Part shown: positions 38,451 to 52,312 of the stretch, piece after piece
Layout: the number at the start of each line of letters is the position of its first letter
Numbering within the stretch: the stretch's first letter is position 1
Source: Gemmatimonadota bacterium
Lineage (GTDB): Bacteria; Gemmatimonadota; Gemmatimonadetes; Longimicrobiales; Gaopeijiaceae
Reading direction: 5' to 3'
Length of the DNA: 64,000 nucleotides
Assembly (NCBI GenBank): GCA_034521595.1
Contig: JAXHMG010000003.1
Coordinates: 608,001-672,000, forward strand
The notes under the pieces: model-generated
What the model was told of the DNA's origin: nothing
What the model saw: only the letters and a program-made list of their open reading frames with translations
Databases searched by the model: none
Translations under genes and position numbers: made by a program

Positions 38451-39470
38451 CTAGGTCCAACCCTCACTCTCCTTGAGGAGCTCGGCGATCACGTCGCGGG
38501 TCGTGCGCCCGTCCGATTCGGCTTCGAAGTTGAGAACCAACCGATGTGCGAGAACGGCGGGAGCGATCCCTCGTATGTCGTCCAAGGACGGCATCGCCGA
38601 GCCACGTGCCGCCGCGCGAGCCTTCGCGCCCAGGACCAGGAACTGCGACGCACGGGGTCCCGCGCCCCAGGAGACGTACCGTTGGGCGACGGCCCCCGCC
38701 TCCTCGCCCGGCCGCGTCGAGCGCGCGAGGCGAACGGCATAGCGCACCAGCGACGGTGGAGCGGGAATTCGGCGCACCAGGGCTTGGAGCTCGATGAGCT
38801 CCTGCGCGGAGACCACCGGGCTTACTGAAGCGCTGGCTTCCCCCGTGGTCCGCATCGCCACCTCCTCTTCTTCCTCCTTCGAGGGGTAGTAGATCGGCAG
38901 CTCGAGCATGAACCGGTCGAGCTGGGCCTCGGGGAGCGGGTACGTTCCCTCCTGCTCGATGGGGTTTTGCGTGGCGAGGACGAAGAACGGGGGCTCCAGT
39001 GGATACCGCTCACCTGCGGCGGTGACGGCTCGCTCCTGCATGGCTTCGAGCAGCGCCGCCTGCGTCTTGGGGGGGGTGCGGTTGATCTCGTCGGCCAGCA
39101 CCACGTTGGCGAAGATCGGGCCCTTCACGAACCGGAAGATCCTCCGGCCGGTCGACCGGTCTTCTTCGATCACCTCCGTGCCGGTGATGTCGGTCGGCAT
39201 GAGGTCCGGCGTGAACTGGATCCGGCTGAACGCGAGGTCGAGCGTCTGCGCGAGCGTCTGCACGAGCAGCGTCTTGGCGAGACCCGGAACACCGACGAGG
39301 AGCGCGTGCCCGTTGGCGAGGAGCGCGTTCAGGAGCTCGTCCACCACCTCGTGCTGACCGACGATGCGCTTCGCCATCTCGCGGCGCATGCCTTCCGACA
39401 CCTCGGCCACCCGTTCGAGGAGCTCGATGTCCTCGTCCCGTTCCGTGGCCGTATTCGTGGGTGTGTTCAT
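38451..39470 (-). CDS. MoxR family AAA+ ATPase
   Basis: [53 protein letters not shown]. Confidence 0.96.
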   Translation of the reverse strand: MNTPTNTATERDEDIELLERVAEVSEGMRREMAKRIVGQHEVVDELLNALLANGHALLVGVPGLAKTLLVQTLAQTLDLAFSRIQFTPDLMPTDITGTEVIEEDRSTGRRIFRFVKGPIFANVVLADEINRTPPKTQAALLEAMQERAVTAAGERYPLEPPFFVLATQNPIEQEGTYPLPEAQLDRFMLELPIYYPSKEEEEEVAMRTTGEASASVSPVVSAQELIELQALVRRIPAPPSLVRYAVRLARSTRPGEEAGAVAQRYVSWGAGPRASQFLVLGAKARAAARGSAMPSLDDIRGIAPAVLAHRLVLNFEAESDGRTTRDVIAELLKESEGWT

Positions 39471-39631
39471 CCAGACGTGGTTGTGCGGCGAGCCGCGGTA
39501 AGGGAGTCGCTCGGACCCGAATAGACGACAGCGACGGTCCTTTCGTCAAGCCGTGCCGCGGCCGAGAGCGCTTCCCTGCAAGGTGCGACGTACGGCCCGG
39601 GAAATGGCCCAAATTCCAGCACCACGACCGC

Positions 39632-39660
39632 TTGCGCTTTTTTTCACAAACTTGTATCCT
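39632..39660 (+). promoter_or_regulatory. putative sigma-70 promoter of the atp operon
   Basis: TTGCGC-N17-TATCCT in an AT-rich patch about 30 nt before the first atp gene. Confidence 0.55.
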
Positions 39661-39692
39661 TGGTGGGCTCAGGAAGCTGAGGAGCCGACCGA

Positions 39693-39956
39693 ATGTCGCC
39701 AGAGGATCGCCGGAAGAAAGTTCGACTGAACGGGGCGTCGCAGCGTCTTCCGGGGGAAGTCCTCGGGCTCACGCTCAACGTCGTCGTGGCGGCATTTCTT
39801 TTCGGTTTCCTCGGTCGGTGGGTCGGTACGAAGATCGGGGGCCAGGATTACCTGACGCTCCTGGGAGGGTTCATAGGCGCGGTGGCGGGGTTCTACAGTC
39901 TTTACATGCACCTCACCGCGCGATCCGAAGACCGAGAGACGAAGAGCTCCGGATGA
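39693..39956 (+). CDS. AtpZ/AtpI family ATP synthase accessory protein
   Basis: Two TM helices with GFLGRWVG...LLGGFIG; first gene of the atp operon. Confidence 0.75.
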   Translation: MSPEDRRKKVRLNGASQRLPGEVLGLTLNVVVAAFLFGFLGRWVGTKIGGQDYLTLLGGFIGAVAGFYSLYMHLTARSEDRETKSSG

Positions 39957-40327
39957 AGGCGCTTTCGCGCTACACCGTCGTATCCAGCCTGATCGTGGCC
40001 CTGATCGCAGGGATCACGGTTCCGTTTCTGGACGCTGCGGGCCGATTGGGGTTCGCGGCGGCGGGCGTGGTGGCGCTGCCGCTACAGGTGGGACTCTTCG
40101 CGCTCCTCGTCCACGCACGCGACGATTCTTCGCGATTCATGACGTGGTGGGGGCTCGGAGTGCTCGGTCGGGTGGTTGCGGTGGCCGCAGTGGGTCTCGG
40201 CGTCCGAAGCTTTCAGGTATTCGACCCGACAGTGACGATGATGGCCACGGTCGGCCTTTTCTACATATTCCTCCTGCTCGAGCCGGTGTTCTTGCGTCGG
40301 GACGGGCGGGCTACCGAGTACGCTTAG
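39953..40327 (+). CDS. AtpI-like membrane protein
   Basis: ATG overlaps the previous stop; four hydrophobic segments; immediately before atpB. Confidence 0.7.
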   Translation: MKALSRYTVVSSLIVALIAGITVPFLDAAGRLGFAAAGVVALPLQVGLFALLVHARDDSSRFMTWWGLGVLGRVVAVAAVGLGVRSFQVFDPTVTMMATVGLFYIFLLLEPVFLRRDGRATEYA

Positions 40328-41236
40328 GTGAGCATGCAGGGTTCGGCGCAGGAAACGGCCAGAGGGGTGGCGTCGCAGAGCCAGGACGCAGGCGGTCTCA
40401 ACGAGATCGAGGAGATCCCCGACTACATCACGCACCACCTCGAGGACGCCAGGGAGCTGGAGTTCGGGGGCCTGCACCTCGACCTCGGCCAGTTCGCCTT
40501 CGACCCGATTCACATCGGGGGCGTGGCGATCGACCTGTCGCCCACCCGCCAGTTGATCTTCATCTTCCTGGCCGCGCTCCTCTGCATCGCCGTATTCGTT
40601 CCGGTGGCGAAGGCGCTCAGGCGCTCGGGCACGGCATCGGCGCCGAGTGGCTTCGCGAACGCGGCGGAGGCGTTGATCCTGTACTTCCGGAACGACATCG
40701 TCCGGGCCAACATCGGGGAAGACGGAGACGGCTACACGCCGTTCATTCTCACCATCTTCTTCTTCATCCTGTTCATGAACCTGCTGGGCCTCACTCCCTT
40801 CGGGATCACGGCCACGGCGAACCTCTCGGTCACGGCGGCGCTCGCCGGAATCGCGTTCATCGTGACGGAAGTGGCGGGCATGCGGGAACTCGGGCCGGCT
40901 GGATACGCGCGCACGATCTTCTACCTTCCCCCCGGCCTCCCCGCGCCCATGAAACCGATCATGTTGGTGATCATGGCCCCGGTCGAGTTCCTCGGGAAGC
41001 TCGCGAAGCCGTTCGCGCTGGCCGTTCGTCTGTTCGCCAACCTGATGGCGGGCCACATCCTGATTCTTGCGATCGTGGGCCTGATCCTGGTCAACCAGAG
41101 CCTCCTGGTCGGGGGCTTCTCGGTGGTCGGGATGAGCCTCCTCATGATCCTGGAGCTCTTCGTGGCCTGCTTGCAGGCCTACATTTTCGCCATGCTGACT
41201 TCCGTGTTCATCGGCCTCATCCGACACGCGCACTGA
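40328..41236 (+). CDS. atpB: ATP synthase F0 subunit a
   Basis: NLLGLTPF, TANLSVT, KPFALAVRLFANLMAGH, LQAYIFAML. Confidence 0.97.
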   Translation: MSMQGSAQETARGVASQSQDAGGLNEIEEIPDYITHHLEDARELEFGGLHLDLGQFAFDPIHIGGVAIDLSPTRQLIFIFLAALLCIAVFVPVAKALRRSGTASAPSGFANAAEALILYFRNDIVRANIGEDGDGYTPFILTIFFFILFMNLLGLTPFGITATANLSVTAALAGIAFIVTEVAGMRELGPAGYARTIFYLPPGLPAPMKPIMLVIMAPVEFLGKLAKPFALAVRLFANLMAGHILILAIVGLILVNQSLLVGGFSVVGMSLLMILELFVACLQAYIFAMLTSVFIGLIRHAH

Positions 41237-41316
41237 GTCACCGATCGCGAGTCGTTCAGTTTTTCACCATGTCCGCGCGGCGGACCTCACACCCTTAACG
41301 TTCAAGGATTTAGATC

Positions 41317-41571
41317 ATGTATCTCATGTTCCAGGCGGTTCAAGACGGAGTTGCCCAGAGTGGCCTCGGCCTCGTGGGCGCCGGGCTCGGAATCGGCCTC
41401 ACCGTGATTGGCGCGGCCATCGGTATCGGGCAGATCGGTGCGCAGATGGCGTCCGGCATCGCGCGTCAGCCTGAAGCGGCGGGTAGCATTCAGACCGCTT
41501 CGATCATTCTCGCTGCCCTCATCGAGGGTGCGGCGCTCTTCGCGCTCGGCCTGGCGTTCCTGAAGTTCTAG
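41317..41571 (+). CDS. atpE: ATP synthase F0 subunit c
   Basis: GxGxG helix, ARQPE loop, LIEGAALF. Confidence 0.97.
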   Translation: MYLMFQAVQDGVAQSGLGLVGAGLGIGLTVIGAAIGIGQIGAQMASGIARQPEAAGSIQTASIILAALIEGAALFALGLAFLKF

Positions 41572-41629
41572 CTTCGCACCGCCTCCGAGCGAGGTGCGAC
41601 GGACGAATGGAACCGCAATGGAGATCGCA

Positions 41630-42223
41630 ATGAGGACGAGCCGAGTCGCTGCCAGCGTCGGAGTCCTGTCTCTAGGACTTCCGGGACAGGCATGGGCCCT
41701 GGCCGGAGCGGGCACGACGCCGCTCTTCACCGTGAACCTCGGTACGACGGTCTGGACGACCATCGTATTCGTGGCGCTTTTGGCCATCCTCTGGCGTTTC
41801 GCTTGGGGACCGATTCTCTCGGCCATCGAATCGCGGGAGGAGGGGATCCAGTCGGCCATCGACGAAGCAACCGCCCGTAATGCCGAGGCGGAGCGTCTGC
41901 TCGCCGAGCACCGGGAGCAGCTCGCCGACGCGCGCCGACAGGCCAACGAGCTGATCGCCGAAGGTAAGGCGGCCGGCGAGAACCTGAGAAAGGAGATCGA
42001 GGAAAAGGCGCGCGAAGAGGCTCAGGCGCTCATCGAGCGTGCGCGGGCCGAAATCGAGCGTGAGCGGGATCAGGCCCTCGACACGCTGCGGAAGGAGTCC
42101 GTCGAGCTGGCACTCGCCGCTGCGTCGCGGCTGCTCGAAGAAAAGCTCGACGCATCGAAAGACCGTGAGCTGGTGGAACGATATCTGGCCGAGCTCACGG
42201 AGACCGAGGAGGTTTCCGCGTGA
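41630..42223 (+). CDS. atpF: ATP synthase F0 subunit b
   Basis: TM helix then [13 protein letters not shown] and coiled coil; start uncertain (41594-41630). Confidence 0.93.
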   Translation: MRTSRVAASVGVLSLGLPGQAWALAGAGTTPLFTVNLGTTVWTTIVFVALLAILWRFAWGPILSAIESREEGIQSAIDEATARNAEAERLLAEHREQLADARRQANELIAEGKAAGENLRKEIEEKAREEAQALIERARAEIERERDQALDTLRKESVELALAAASRLLEEKLDASKDRELVERYLAELTETEEVSA

Positions 42224-42789
42224 GGGGGGAGACCGTCGCGCGGAAGTATGCCGAAACCCTCTTCGAGCTGGGAGTTCGCGCGGGCCGTGCGGAGAAGTAC
42301 GGAGAGCATCTTCGCGAAGTCTCCGACCTGTTGGACACGCAGCCGAAGTTCCGGCTCTTCCTCGAGACGCCGCGGATCGATGACGAGGACCGGAAGCGGC
42401 TGATGCGGGACGTTCTCGGCTCGTCCCTACCGAAAGACGTGATGAGCTTCCTGCTCGTCACGATCGACAAGCGACGGCAACGGTTGCTGCGGGAGATCGC
42501 CACGCAATACCAGTTGCTCGTCGACGAGCACCTCGGGCGACAACACGTCGAAGTGACCGTGGCTCGCCCGCTCGGCGACGACGCGCGAGGCATGATCGCC
42601 GAGCGCCTCTCGCGGGTGCTCGGGAAGGAGGCGATCCCCCACGTCCGGGTGAAGCCGGACATCATCGGCGGGCTCGTTGTTCGAACTGGTGATACGATCT
42701 ATGACGGATCGGTACGGAGACGGCTCGAGGGCATGCGGAGCCGCATGCTCCGAGCCGAGTTGCCCGCCGGGGTGGCGGGTGGACAATGA
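42220..42789 (+). CDS. atpH: ATP synthase F1 subunit delta
   Basis: [28 protein letters not shown]. Confidence 0.95.
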   Translation: MRGETVARKYAETLFELGVRAGRAEKYGEHLREVSDLLDTQPKFRLFLETPRIDDEDRKRLMRDVLGSSLPKDVMSFLLVTIDKRRQRLLREIATQYQLLVDEHLGRQHVEVTVARPLGDDARGMIAERLSRVLGKEAIPHVRVKPDIIGGLVVRTGDTIYDGSVRRRLEGMRSRMLRAELPAGVAGGQ

Positions 42790-42823
42790 TCCGTACGGTC
42801 CCTGAACTCAGGATCCAATAGAG

Positions 42824-44401
42824 ATGGCCAACGATTCCCAACTCCGTGCCGGCGAGATCAAGGACGTGCTGCTCAAGGAGATCGAGCAGTACGAGGAGGA
42901 TCTCCAGGCCGAGGATATCGGTGAAGTCCTGGAGGTGAAGGACGGCATCGCACGCATCTACGGGCTGACGAACGCCATGGCCGCCGAGATGCTCGAGATC
43001 ACCTCTTCGGTGTCGGGCGAGACCGTGACGGCGCTCGCCCTCAACCTCGAAGAGGACAACATCGGCGCGGTCGTGATGGGCGAATGGACTTCGCTCCACG
43101 AGGGTGATCAGGTCCGGTGCACGGGCCGCGTGCTCGACGTCAACGTCGGGGAAGGTTACCTCGGCCGGGTCGTGGATCCGCTGGGGCAGCCGGTGGACGG
43201 GCTCGGGCCGGTGGACGGAGTCGAGGACACCCGTCAGATCGACATCGTGGCCCCGGGTATCGTGCAGCGGCAACCTGTCAATCAGCCGCTGCAAACCGGC
43301 ACCAAGGCCATCGACTCGATGATTCCGATCGGCCGGGGTCAGCGCGAGCTGATCATCGGCGACCGAGGCACGGGTAAGACGGCGGTGGCGGTCGATACGA
43401 TCATCAACCAGAAGGGTCAGGACGTGATCTGCATTTACTGCGCGATCGGACAGCGCGCGGGGAAGGTGCGGAACGTCGTCGAGACGCTACGTGAGCACGG
43501 GGCGCTGGACTACAGCATCGTGGTGACCGCGAACGCGTCGGACCCCGCCCCCATGCAGTACATCGCGCCCTATGCGGCGACCGCGATGGCCGAGCATTTC
43601 ATGTGGCAGGGCAAGGACACCCTGGTTGTCTACGATGACCTGACGAAGCAGGCGCAGGCCTACCGGCAGCTTTCGTTGATTCTGCGGCGGCCACCGGGCC
43701 GGGAAGCCTATCCGGGAGACGTGTTCTACCTGCACTCCCGCTTGCTCGAGCGCGCGGCGAGGCTGTCGGACGAGAATGGCGGCGGATCGCTGACGGCACT
43801 GCCGATTATCGAGACGCAGGCGGGTGATGTGGGTGCTTACATCCCGACCAACGTGATCTCGATCACGGATGGCCAGATCTTCCTGGAGCCCGACCTCTTC
43901 TACTCGGGCGTGCGACCGGCGGTGAACGTCGGAATCTCCGTGTCCCGTGTCGGCGGCGCGGCTCAGATCAAGGCCATGAAGACGGTGGCCGGCCGCCTGC
44001 GGCTGGATCTCGCGCAGTACCGCGAGCTCGAAGCGTTCGCCCAGTTCGGTTCCGACCTGGACGCCGCCACCCAGCGCCAGCTCGCGCGCGGGGCACGCAC
44101 CGTGGAGTTGCTCAAGCAGCCCCAGTATCAGCCGATGCCGGTCGAGAACCAGGTCGCCGTCATCTATGCCGTCACCAACGGCTTCGTGGACGACCTTCCC
44201 GTGGAGCGCATGCGTCAGTGGGAGCACGGCTTCCACGAGGAACTCTCCGCCAAGCACTCCGATCTCCTCGGCGAGATTCGGAGCGGCGGAAAGCTCACCG
44301 ACGAGATCACGGAGAAGCTCGACGCCGCGATCGAGAAATACACCACGGCGTTCAGGGCGGAGCTGTCCGAGTCCGACAGCTCCGCTGCCGCGTCGGCGTA
44401 A
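42824..44401 (+). CDS. atpA: ATP synthase F1 subunit alpha
   Basis: [30 protein letters not shown]. Confidence 0.99.
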   Translation: MANDSQLRAGEIKDVLLKEIEQYEEDLQAEDIGEVLEVKDGIARIYGLTNAMAAEMLEITSSVSGETVTALALNLEEDNIGAVVMGEWTSLHEGDQVRCTGRVLDVNVGEGYLGRVVDPLGQPVDGLGPVDGVEDTRQIDIVAPGIVQRQPVNQPLQTGTKAIDSMIPIGRGQRELIIGDRGTGKTAVAVDTIINQKGQDVICIYCAIGQRAGKVRNVVETLREHGALDYSIVVTANASDPAPMQYIAPYAATAMAEHFMWQGKDTLVVYDDLTKQAQAYRQLSLILRRPPGREAYPGDVFYLHSRLLERAARLSDENGGGSLTALPIIETQAGDVGAYIPTNVISITDGQIFLEPDLFYSGVRPAVNVGISVSRVGGAAQIKAMKTVAGRLRLDLAQYRELEAFAQFGSDLDAATQRQLARGARTVELLKQPQYQPMPVENQVAVIYAVTNGFVDDLPVERMRQWEHGFHEELSAKHSDLLGEIRSGGKLTDEITEKLDAAIEKYTTAFRAELSESDSSAAASA

Positions 44402-44416
44402 GGCAGGAGACGACCG

Positions 44417-46716
<2,300 letters not shown>

Positions 46717-46718
46717 TC

Positions 46719-47036
46719 GTGGCGGGTTCGCTTCAGGTCCAAGTGGTCTCGCCGAGCCGGGTCGTGTTCGAAGGTGAGGCCGCGGCGCTCGTCGTCCCCG
46801 CGTGGGACGGGCACGCCGGGGTTCTTCCGGGACATGCCCCGGCGCTCACGCTCCTCGGGGTCGGGCCGCTGAATGTCGAGCGTCCCGGTGGGGGGAGCGA
46901 CACGTTCTATGTCGGCGGGGGCGTCATGAAGGTCGAGCGCGACGTCGTCACGCTCCTCACGGAGTACGCCGGCACGGAGCCCCTCTCGGAGATCCCGGAG
47001 GGGATGCTGGTCGAACCAGAGGAAGTCGGAGCCTGA
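46719..47036 (+). CDS. atpC: ATP synthase F1 subunit epsilon (short form)
   Basis: VVSPSRVVFEG, GVLPGHAP, VGGG; last atp gene. Confidence 0.92.
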   Translation: MAGSLQVQVVSPSRVVFEGEAAALVVPAWDGHAGVLPGHAPALTLLGVGPLNVERPGGGSDTFYVGGGVMKVERDVVTLLTEYAGTEPLSEIPEGMLVEPEEVGA

Positions 47037-47076
47037 AAATCTCCTCCCGGGCGATGTCCTCAGCGAAGAGACTCCG

Positions 47077-47895
47077 GTGAAGCTGGACCTGCACGTCCAT
47101 TCGAACGCCTCCGACGGTGCCTGGGCACCGGCCGACGTGGTCCGGGCGGCCCGGGCGGGCGGGCTGGATGTGCTCGCCATCTCCGACCATGACACGACGG
47201 CCGCGTGTGGGCCGGCGGTGGCGCTCGGTGTCGAGCTGCAAATCCAGGTCGTGCCCGCGATCGAGGTGAGCTCGAGCCACGAGGGACAGGATATCCACGT
47301 GCTCGGCTATTTCGTCGATCCCGAGGCCCCTCGGCTGCGGGACCACGAGCGGCGCGCACTCAGCCGCCGGGAGACGCGAATGCACGAGATGCTCGCGAAG
47401 CTCGCCGACCTGGGTATCGACATTCCTTTCGAGGCCGTGGAACGGGTGGCGGGGCCCGACCGGGTCGCTCTCGGTCGTCCGCACCTCGCCAAGGCGCTGC
47501 TGGAAGCCGGACACGTACCGACGGTGTCGGCCGCGTTCGACACCTTCATCGCGGACGACGGGCCCGCCTTCGTCCCGACGCACATGCTGACCCCCATGGA
47601 AGCGATCGAGATCATCCTCGAGGCGGACGGGCTTCCGGTGTGGGCGCACCCTCCCGGTGGGCTCGTGGACGATCTCCTCCCGCCGATGGTGGAGGCCGGG
47701 TTGCGGGGAATCGAGGTCTACCGGCCCTGGAATCGAAGAGATCACGTGCTCCGTCTGGAACGGGTCTGTCGCTCCACCGGGCTCTTACCGACCGGCGGCT
47801 CCGACTGGCATGGACCCGATGGCGGCACGGCACTGGGAGATTTCTCCGTGACGGCCGACGAGGTCGAAGCATTCCTGGAGGCGGGCGGGCTCTGA
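47077..47895 (+). CDS. PHP domain phosphoesterase (TrpH/YciV-like)
   Basis: DLHVHSNASDG, SDHD, GRPHLA, AHP, GGSDWHG. Confidence 0.92.
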   Translation: MKLDLHVHSNASDGAWAPADVVRAARAGGLDVLAISDHDTTAACGPAVALGVELQIQVVPAIEVSSSHEGQDIHVLGYFVDPEAPRLRDHERRALSRRETRMHEMLAKLADLGIDIPFEAVERVAGPDRVALGRPHLAKALLEAGHVPTVSAAFDTFIADDGPAFVPTHMLTPMEAIEIILEADGLPVWAHPPGGLVDDLLPPMVEAGLRGIEVYRPWNRRDHVLRLERVCRSTGLLPTGGSDWHGPDGGTALGDFSVTADEVEAFLEAGGL

Positions 47896-47939
47896 GGCGA
47901 AGATGGCCGAGGTGGGGGCAACCTCGGTGTCACGGGCCG

Positions 47940-48608
47940 TTAAGCCCAGGGAGCCAGGAGCCTCCGCACCGTCTTCGCCACGTCCGTCGAAGCCATGAGC
48001 GCGCCGATGACCGCAACGCCGGCCGCTCCCGTCTGCGCGACAGCGCCAGAGCGCTCCTCGTCGATGCCGCCGATGCCCACGACCGGCACGGGGACTTCTT
48101 GCACGACCCGAGCGAGGCCGGCCGGTCCGATCACCTGACCGGCGTCGGCCTTGGTGGATGTCGGGAATACCGTGCCACATCCTATGTAGTCGGCTCCGTC
48201 CCTGACGGCGCGTCGGGCCACGGCGGGGTCGTCAGCCGAGCGGCCGATCAGGAAGTGCTTGGGCGCAGCATCGCGGATCGCACGAACAGGAAGATCGTCG
48301 GGGCCCAGATGTACGCCGTCCGCGCCGAGGGCCAGAGCGACATCGAGCCGGTCGTTCACGAACAGGAGCGCCCCCGCCGCGTGCGTGATGCCTCGCAAAG
48401 CTCGCCCGACATCCAGGAGCTCCCGTGCGGACTCACCTTTGTTGCGGAGCTGAACGGCGGGTGCGCCTGCGTCGACCGCTTCCGCTACGACCTCGGTGAC
48501 CGTCCGCGGCACGGCGAGCGAGCCGTCCGTCACGACGATCAGGCGGAGCCGCCGAGCGAGCCGTTCCGGGGCTCGCGAGGGTCGTTCGCTTCCCGCGGGA
48601 GTGGGCAC
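47940..48608 (-). CDS. thiE: thiamine phosphate synthase
   Basis: VQLRNK, VNDRLD, GVHLG, FPTSTK, IGGI. Confidence 0.94.
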   Translation of the reverse strand: MPTPAGSERPSRAPERLARRLRLIVVTDGSLAVPRTVTEVVAEAVDAGAPAVQLRNKGESARELLDVGRALRGITHAAGALLFVNDRLDVALALGADGVHLGPDDLPVRAIRDAAPKHFLIGRSADDPAVARRAVRDGADYIGCGTVFPTSTKADAGQVIGPAGLARVVQEVPVPVVGIGGIDEERSGAVAQTGAAGVAVIGALMASTDVAKTVRRLLAPWA

Positions 48609-48614
48609 GGACGG

Positions 48615-49595
48615 TCAGGGGTCGCGAGCGTCACGGAGCCGTTGCGACTCCGCCTTGGCCCGGTTGTGCTCGGCGAGTGATCTCGTGAAGACATGCGAGC
48701 CGTCCGGTCGGGCCACGAAATACAGAAAGTCGCCCTCGGGAGCCAGCGCGGCGTCGACCGCTCGCTCGCCCGGTGCTCCGATGGGTCCGGGGGGGAGGCC
48801 AGGCTGGGTGTACGTGTTGTACGGGTTGTTCTCCACGGAGTCGATCGCCGCGTAGAGGAGCCGCTCCCGCCGGCCTCCGAGGGCGTAGAGAACCGTCGGA
48901 TCGGCCTGTAACAACCAGCCCTGGTCCAACCGCCGGTGATACACGCCGGAGATGAGGGGCATCTCGTCGACCTGTCGCGCTTCGGCCTGGATGATCGACG
49001 CCAGAGTCACGATCTCGCGCTCGGTCATGCCGGTGGCTTCGAGCTGCTCGCGACGTTCCGGTGTCCAGAGGGCGTGGTAGTGCTCCGCCATCGTGCGTAC
49101 AACGGTCGACACCGACGTACCTGGGGTGAAACGGTACGTGTCGGGAAAGAGATAGCCTTCCAGCGTGGGGCCGGGAACATCGAGATCGTCGACGAGCTCG
49201 GGACGCTCGAGATGGGCCATGACCGAGTCCACGTGGATGCCGGAGATGTTCGCGATCCGCGGAGCGATCTGGGAGAGCCGGAACCCTTCCGGTACCGTCA
49301 TGGGAACGGTGAGCACCTCACCCCGCGTCAGCGTTCCGATGACGCGGTTCCAGGAGCTGTGGGGGCGAAGGGCGTACGCGCCCGCTCGGATATCCGAGCC
49401 CGCGCCCCGCATCCGTGCGTAGAGCTCGAACAAGCCAGGGGCGCGCACGATCTCACGGTTGGCGAGCGAATCCACCACGTCCGAGAGGGTGGCGCCCTGG
49501 GGCACGCGCACCTCGACGGGGGGCGCGTCCGTTTCGCAGGCCGGTAGCGCCAGAAGGGCCGCGGCGACGGGCGTCCAACGGAAGCGCTGGTTCAT
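48615..49595 (-). CDS. mltG: endolytic transglycosylase MltG
   Basis: TVPEG, LEGYLFPDTY, LASIIQAE, LQADPT, PYNTY..PGLPPGPI. Confidence 0.95.
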   Translation of the reverse strand: MNQRFRWTPVAAALLALPACETDAPPVEVRVPQGATLSDVVDSLANREIVRAPGLFELYARMRGAGSDIRAGAYALRPHSSWNRVIGTLTRGEVLTVPMTVPEGFRLSQIAPRIANISGIHVDSVMAHLERPELVDDLDVPGPTLEGYLFPDTYRFTPGTSVSTVVRTMAEHYHALWTPERREQLEATGMTEREIVTLASIIQAEARQVDEMPLISGVYHRRLDQGWLLQADPTVLYALGGRRERLLYAAIDSVENNPYNTYTQPGLPPGPIGAPGERAVDAALAPEGDFLYFVARPDGSHVFTRSLAEHNRAKAESQRLRDARDP

Positions 49596-50017
49596 CGTGT
49601 GTCCTCCCGGTCGAGCCAGGCCTGGAGGATGAGCTGCGCCGCGCCCGCGTCCACCCGACCCTTCTCGCGCCGAGCCCGCTTCGAGAGCCCGACCGCCCGT
49701 ACGGCTCGTTCGGCCCGCACCGACGTCATTCGTTCATCCACGAACGAGACGTCGAGCTCGAGCCTCTTCGCGAGATTGCGGCCCATGGTCCTGACCTCGG
49801 CGCACCACTCGTTCTCCTCGCCGGTGAGGGACAGGGGCAGCCCGACCACGACGTGTCGCACCTCCCACGCCCGAGCCGTGTCGGCGAGGCGGTTGAGCGG
49901 TGGCCGCTTGCCGGCCCGACGCTTCACGGTCTCCAGTGGGGACGCGATGGTGCCCGTGGGATCGCTGACCGCGACCCCGATCCGTTTCTCTCCAAAGTCG
50001 ACCCCGAGCACGCGCAC
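49592..50017 (-). CDS. ruvX: YqgF/RuvX family pre-16S rRNA nuclease
   Basis: GVDFGEKRIGVAVSD, VVGLP, DERMTS, VDAGAAQLIL. Confidence 0.95.
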   Translation of the reverse strand: MRVLGVDFGEKRIGVAVSDPTGTIASPLETVKRRAGKRPPLNRLADTARAWEVRHVVVGLPLSLTGEENEWCAEVRTMGRNLAKRLELDVSFVDERMTSVRAERAVRAVGLSKRARREKGRVDAGAAQLILQAWLDREDTR

Positions 50018-50024
50018 GACCCGC

Positions 50025-50567
50025 CTATAGCTCCGTCAGGGCTCGTGAGAGATCCGCTCCGTCCAGCATCCGGCCGTAGAGCTCGTGGATCACCGTCTCG
50101 GATCCGAAAGCGAAGCGACACGCGTCGTCGCCCCGGCTGCGGCAGCTCACCTCCAGAACGGCGACGGGCCGGCCGCTGAGCTCGGAGAGCAGTCCCGCCA
50201 GGTAACCGGTGCTGAACGAGCAGCTGCCCTCGGGATCGGGCTCGTCGCCGCGAGCCTCGACCCAGTCCTTCGTCCGGAGGATCCCCACGCCCGGGTGGGC
50301 GTCTTCATGCCCCAACGTCCCCCAGCCGCGCCGTTGGAAGGACCGTTCGACCCGGTCCCAGAACTCCGACGAGGGGAGGTCCGAGAGCTCCCGACCGCCA
50401 TGGCCGACCAAATCCGAGGCTGCGGCCGTGCCGGTCTCGTAGCCCGCGTGATGGAGCGCCCGAACCGCAGGGAGGGTCCCGACTTCCTTTTCCAACTCTC
50501 GCCGGAGTACTCTGAACACCGTGACCGGTACCGCGATCTCCGGAACCTCCCCGTTTCCAATTTTCAC
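50025..50567 (-). CDS. stand-alone V4R domain protein
   Basis: GWG, CSFSTGYLAGLL, EVSCRSRGDDACRF (V4R C/E/C/C pattern). Confidence 0.85.
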   Translation of the reverse strand: MKIGNGEVPEIAVPVTVFRVLRRELEKEVGTLPAVRALHHAGYETGTAAASDLVGHGGRELSDLPSSEFWDRVERSFQRRGWGTLGHEDAHPGVGILRTKDWVEARGDEPDPEGSCSFSTGYLAGLLSELSGRPVAVLEVSCRSRGDDACRFAFGSETVIHELYGRMLDGADLSRALTEL

Positions 50568-50644
50568 TCTCTCCCCCTGTCTCGTCTTACACGCCGCTTG
50601 TCGCTAATATACACACTGACGGTACCTACCGAACGGGAGAATCC

Positions 50645-50887
50645 ATGGAGCACCAGAACGAAACGCGTATCAGCTTCCTCTCCGGCCTGCTGTTGGGAGC
50701 GGCCATTGGCGCCAGCGTCGCGCTCCTCACCGCTCCGGAACCGGGTCGTCGCACGCGGCGGCGCATCCAGAAGACGGCCGGTGAGTTTCGAGACACGGCG
50801 GGCGACCGGTGGGAGGACCTCGCCGACGACGTCAAGGGAAGGGTCGACGAAGCGTTCAAGGGCGCGCGTGACAAGATCGGCAGTTGA
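50645..50887 (+). CDS. YtxH domain-containing protein
   Basis: FLSGLLLGAAIGASVALLTAPEPGRRTR. Confidence 0.88.
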   Translation: MEHQNETRISFLSGLLLGAAIGASVALLTAPEPGRRTRRRIQKTAGEFRDTAGDRWEDLADDVKGRVDEAFKGARDKIGS

Positions 50888-50995
50888 GATCGGCGGATCG
50901 GCTCGTGCCGCTCGTCGAGTCGGTTTCTCGGTCCTGGCCATCGGTTGCGGAGCGGGGAGCATGACGGGAGCTTCGCGGTGGCTGCGTGCAGTGAC

Positions 50996-52308
<1,313 letters not shown>

Positions 52309-52312
<4 letters not shown>

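Noticed and set aside
41317-41571. Na+-translocating ATP synthase
   Set aside because: Subunit c has EGA rather than ES/T and lacks the aligned Gln, consistent with H+ coupling
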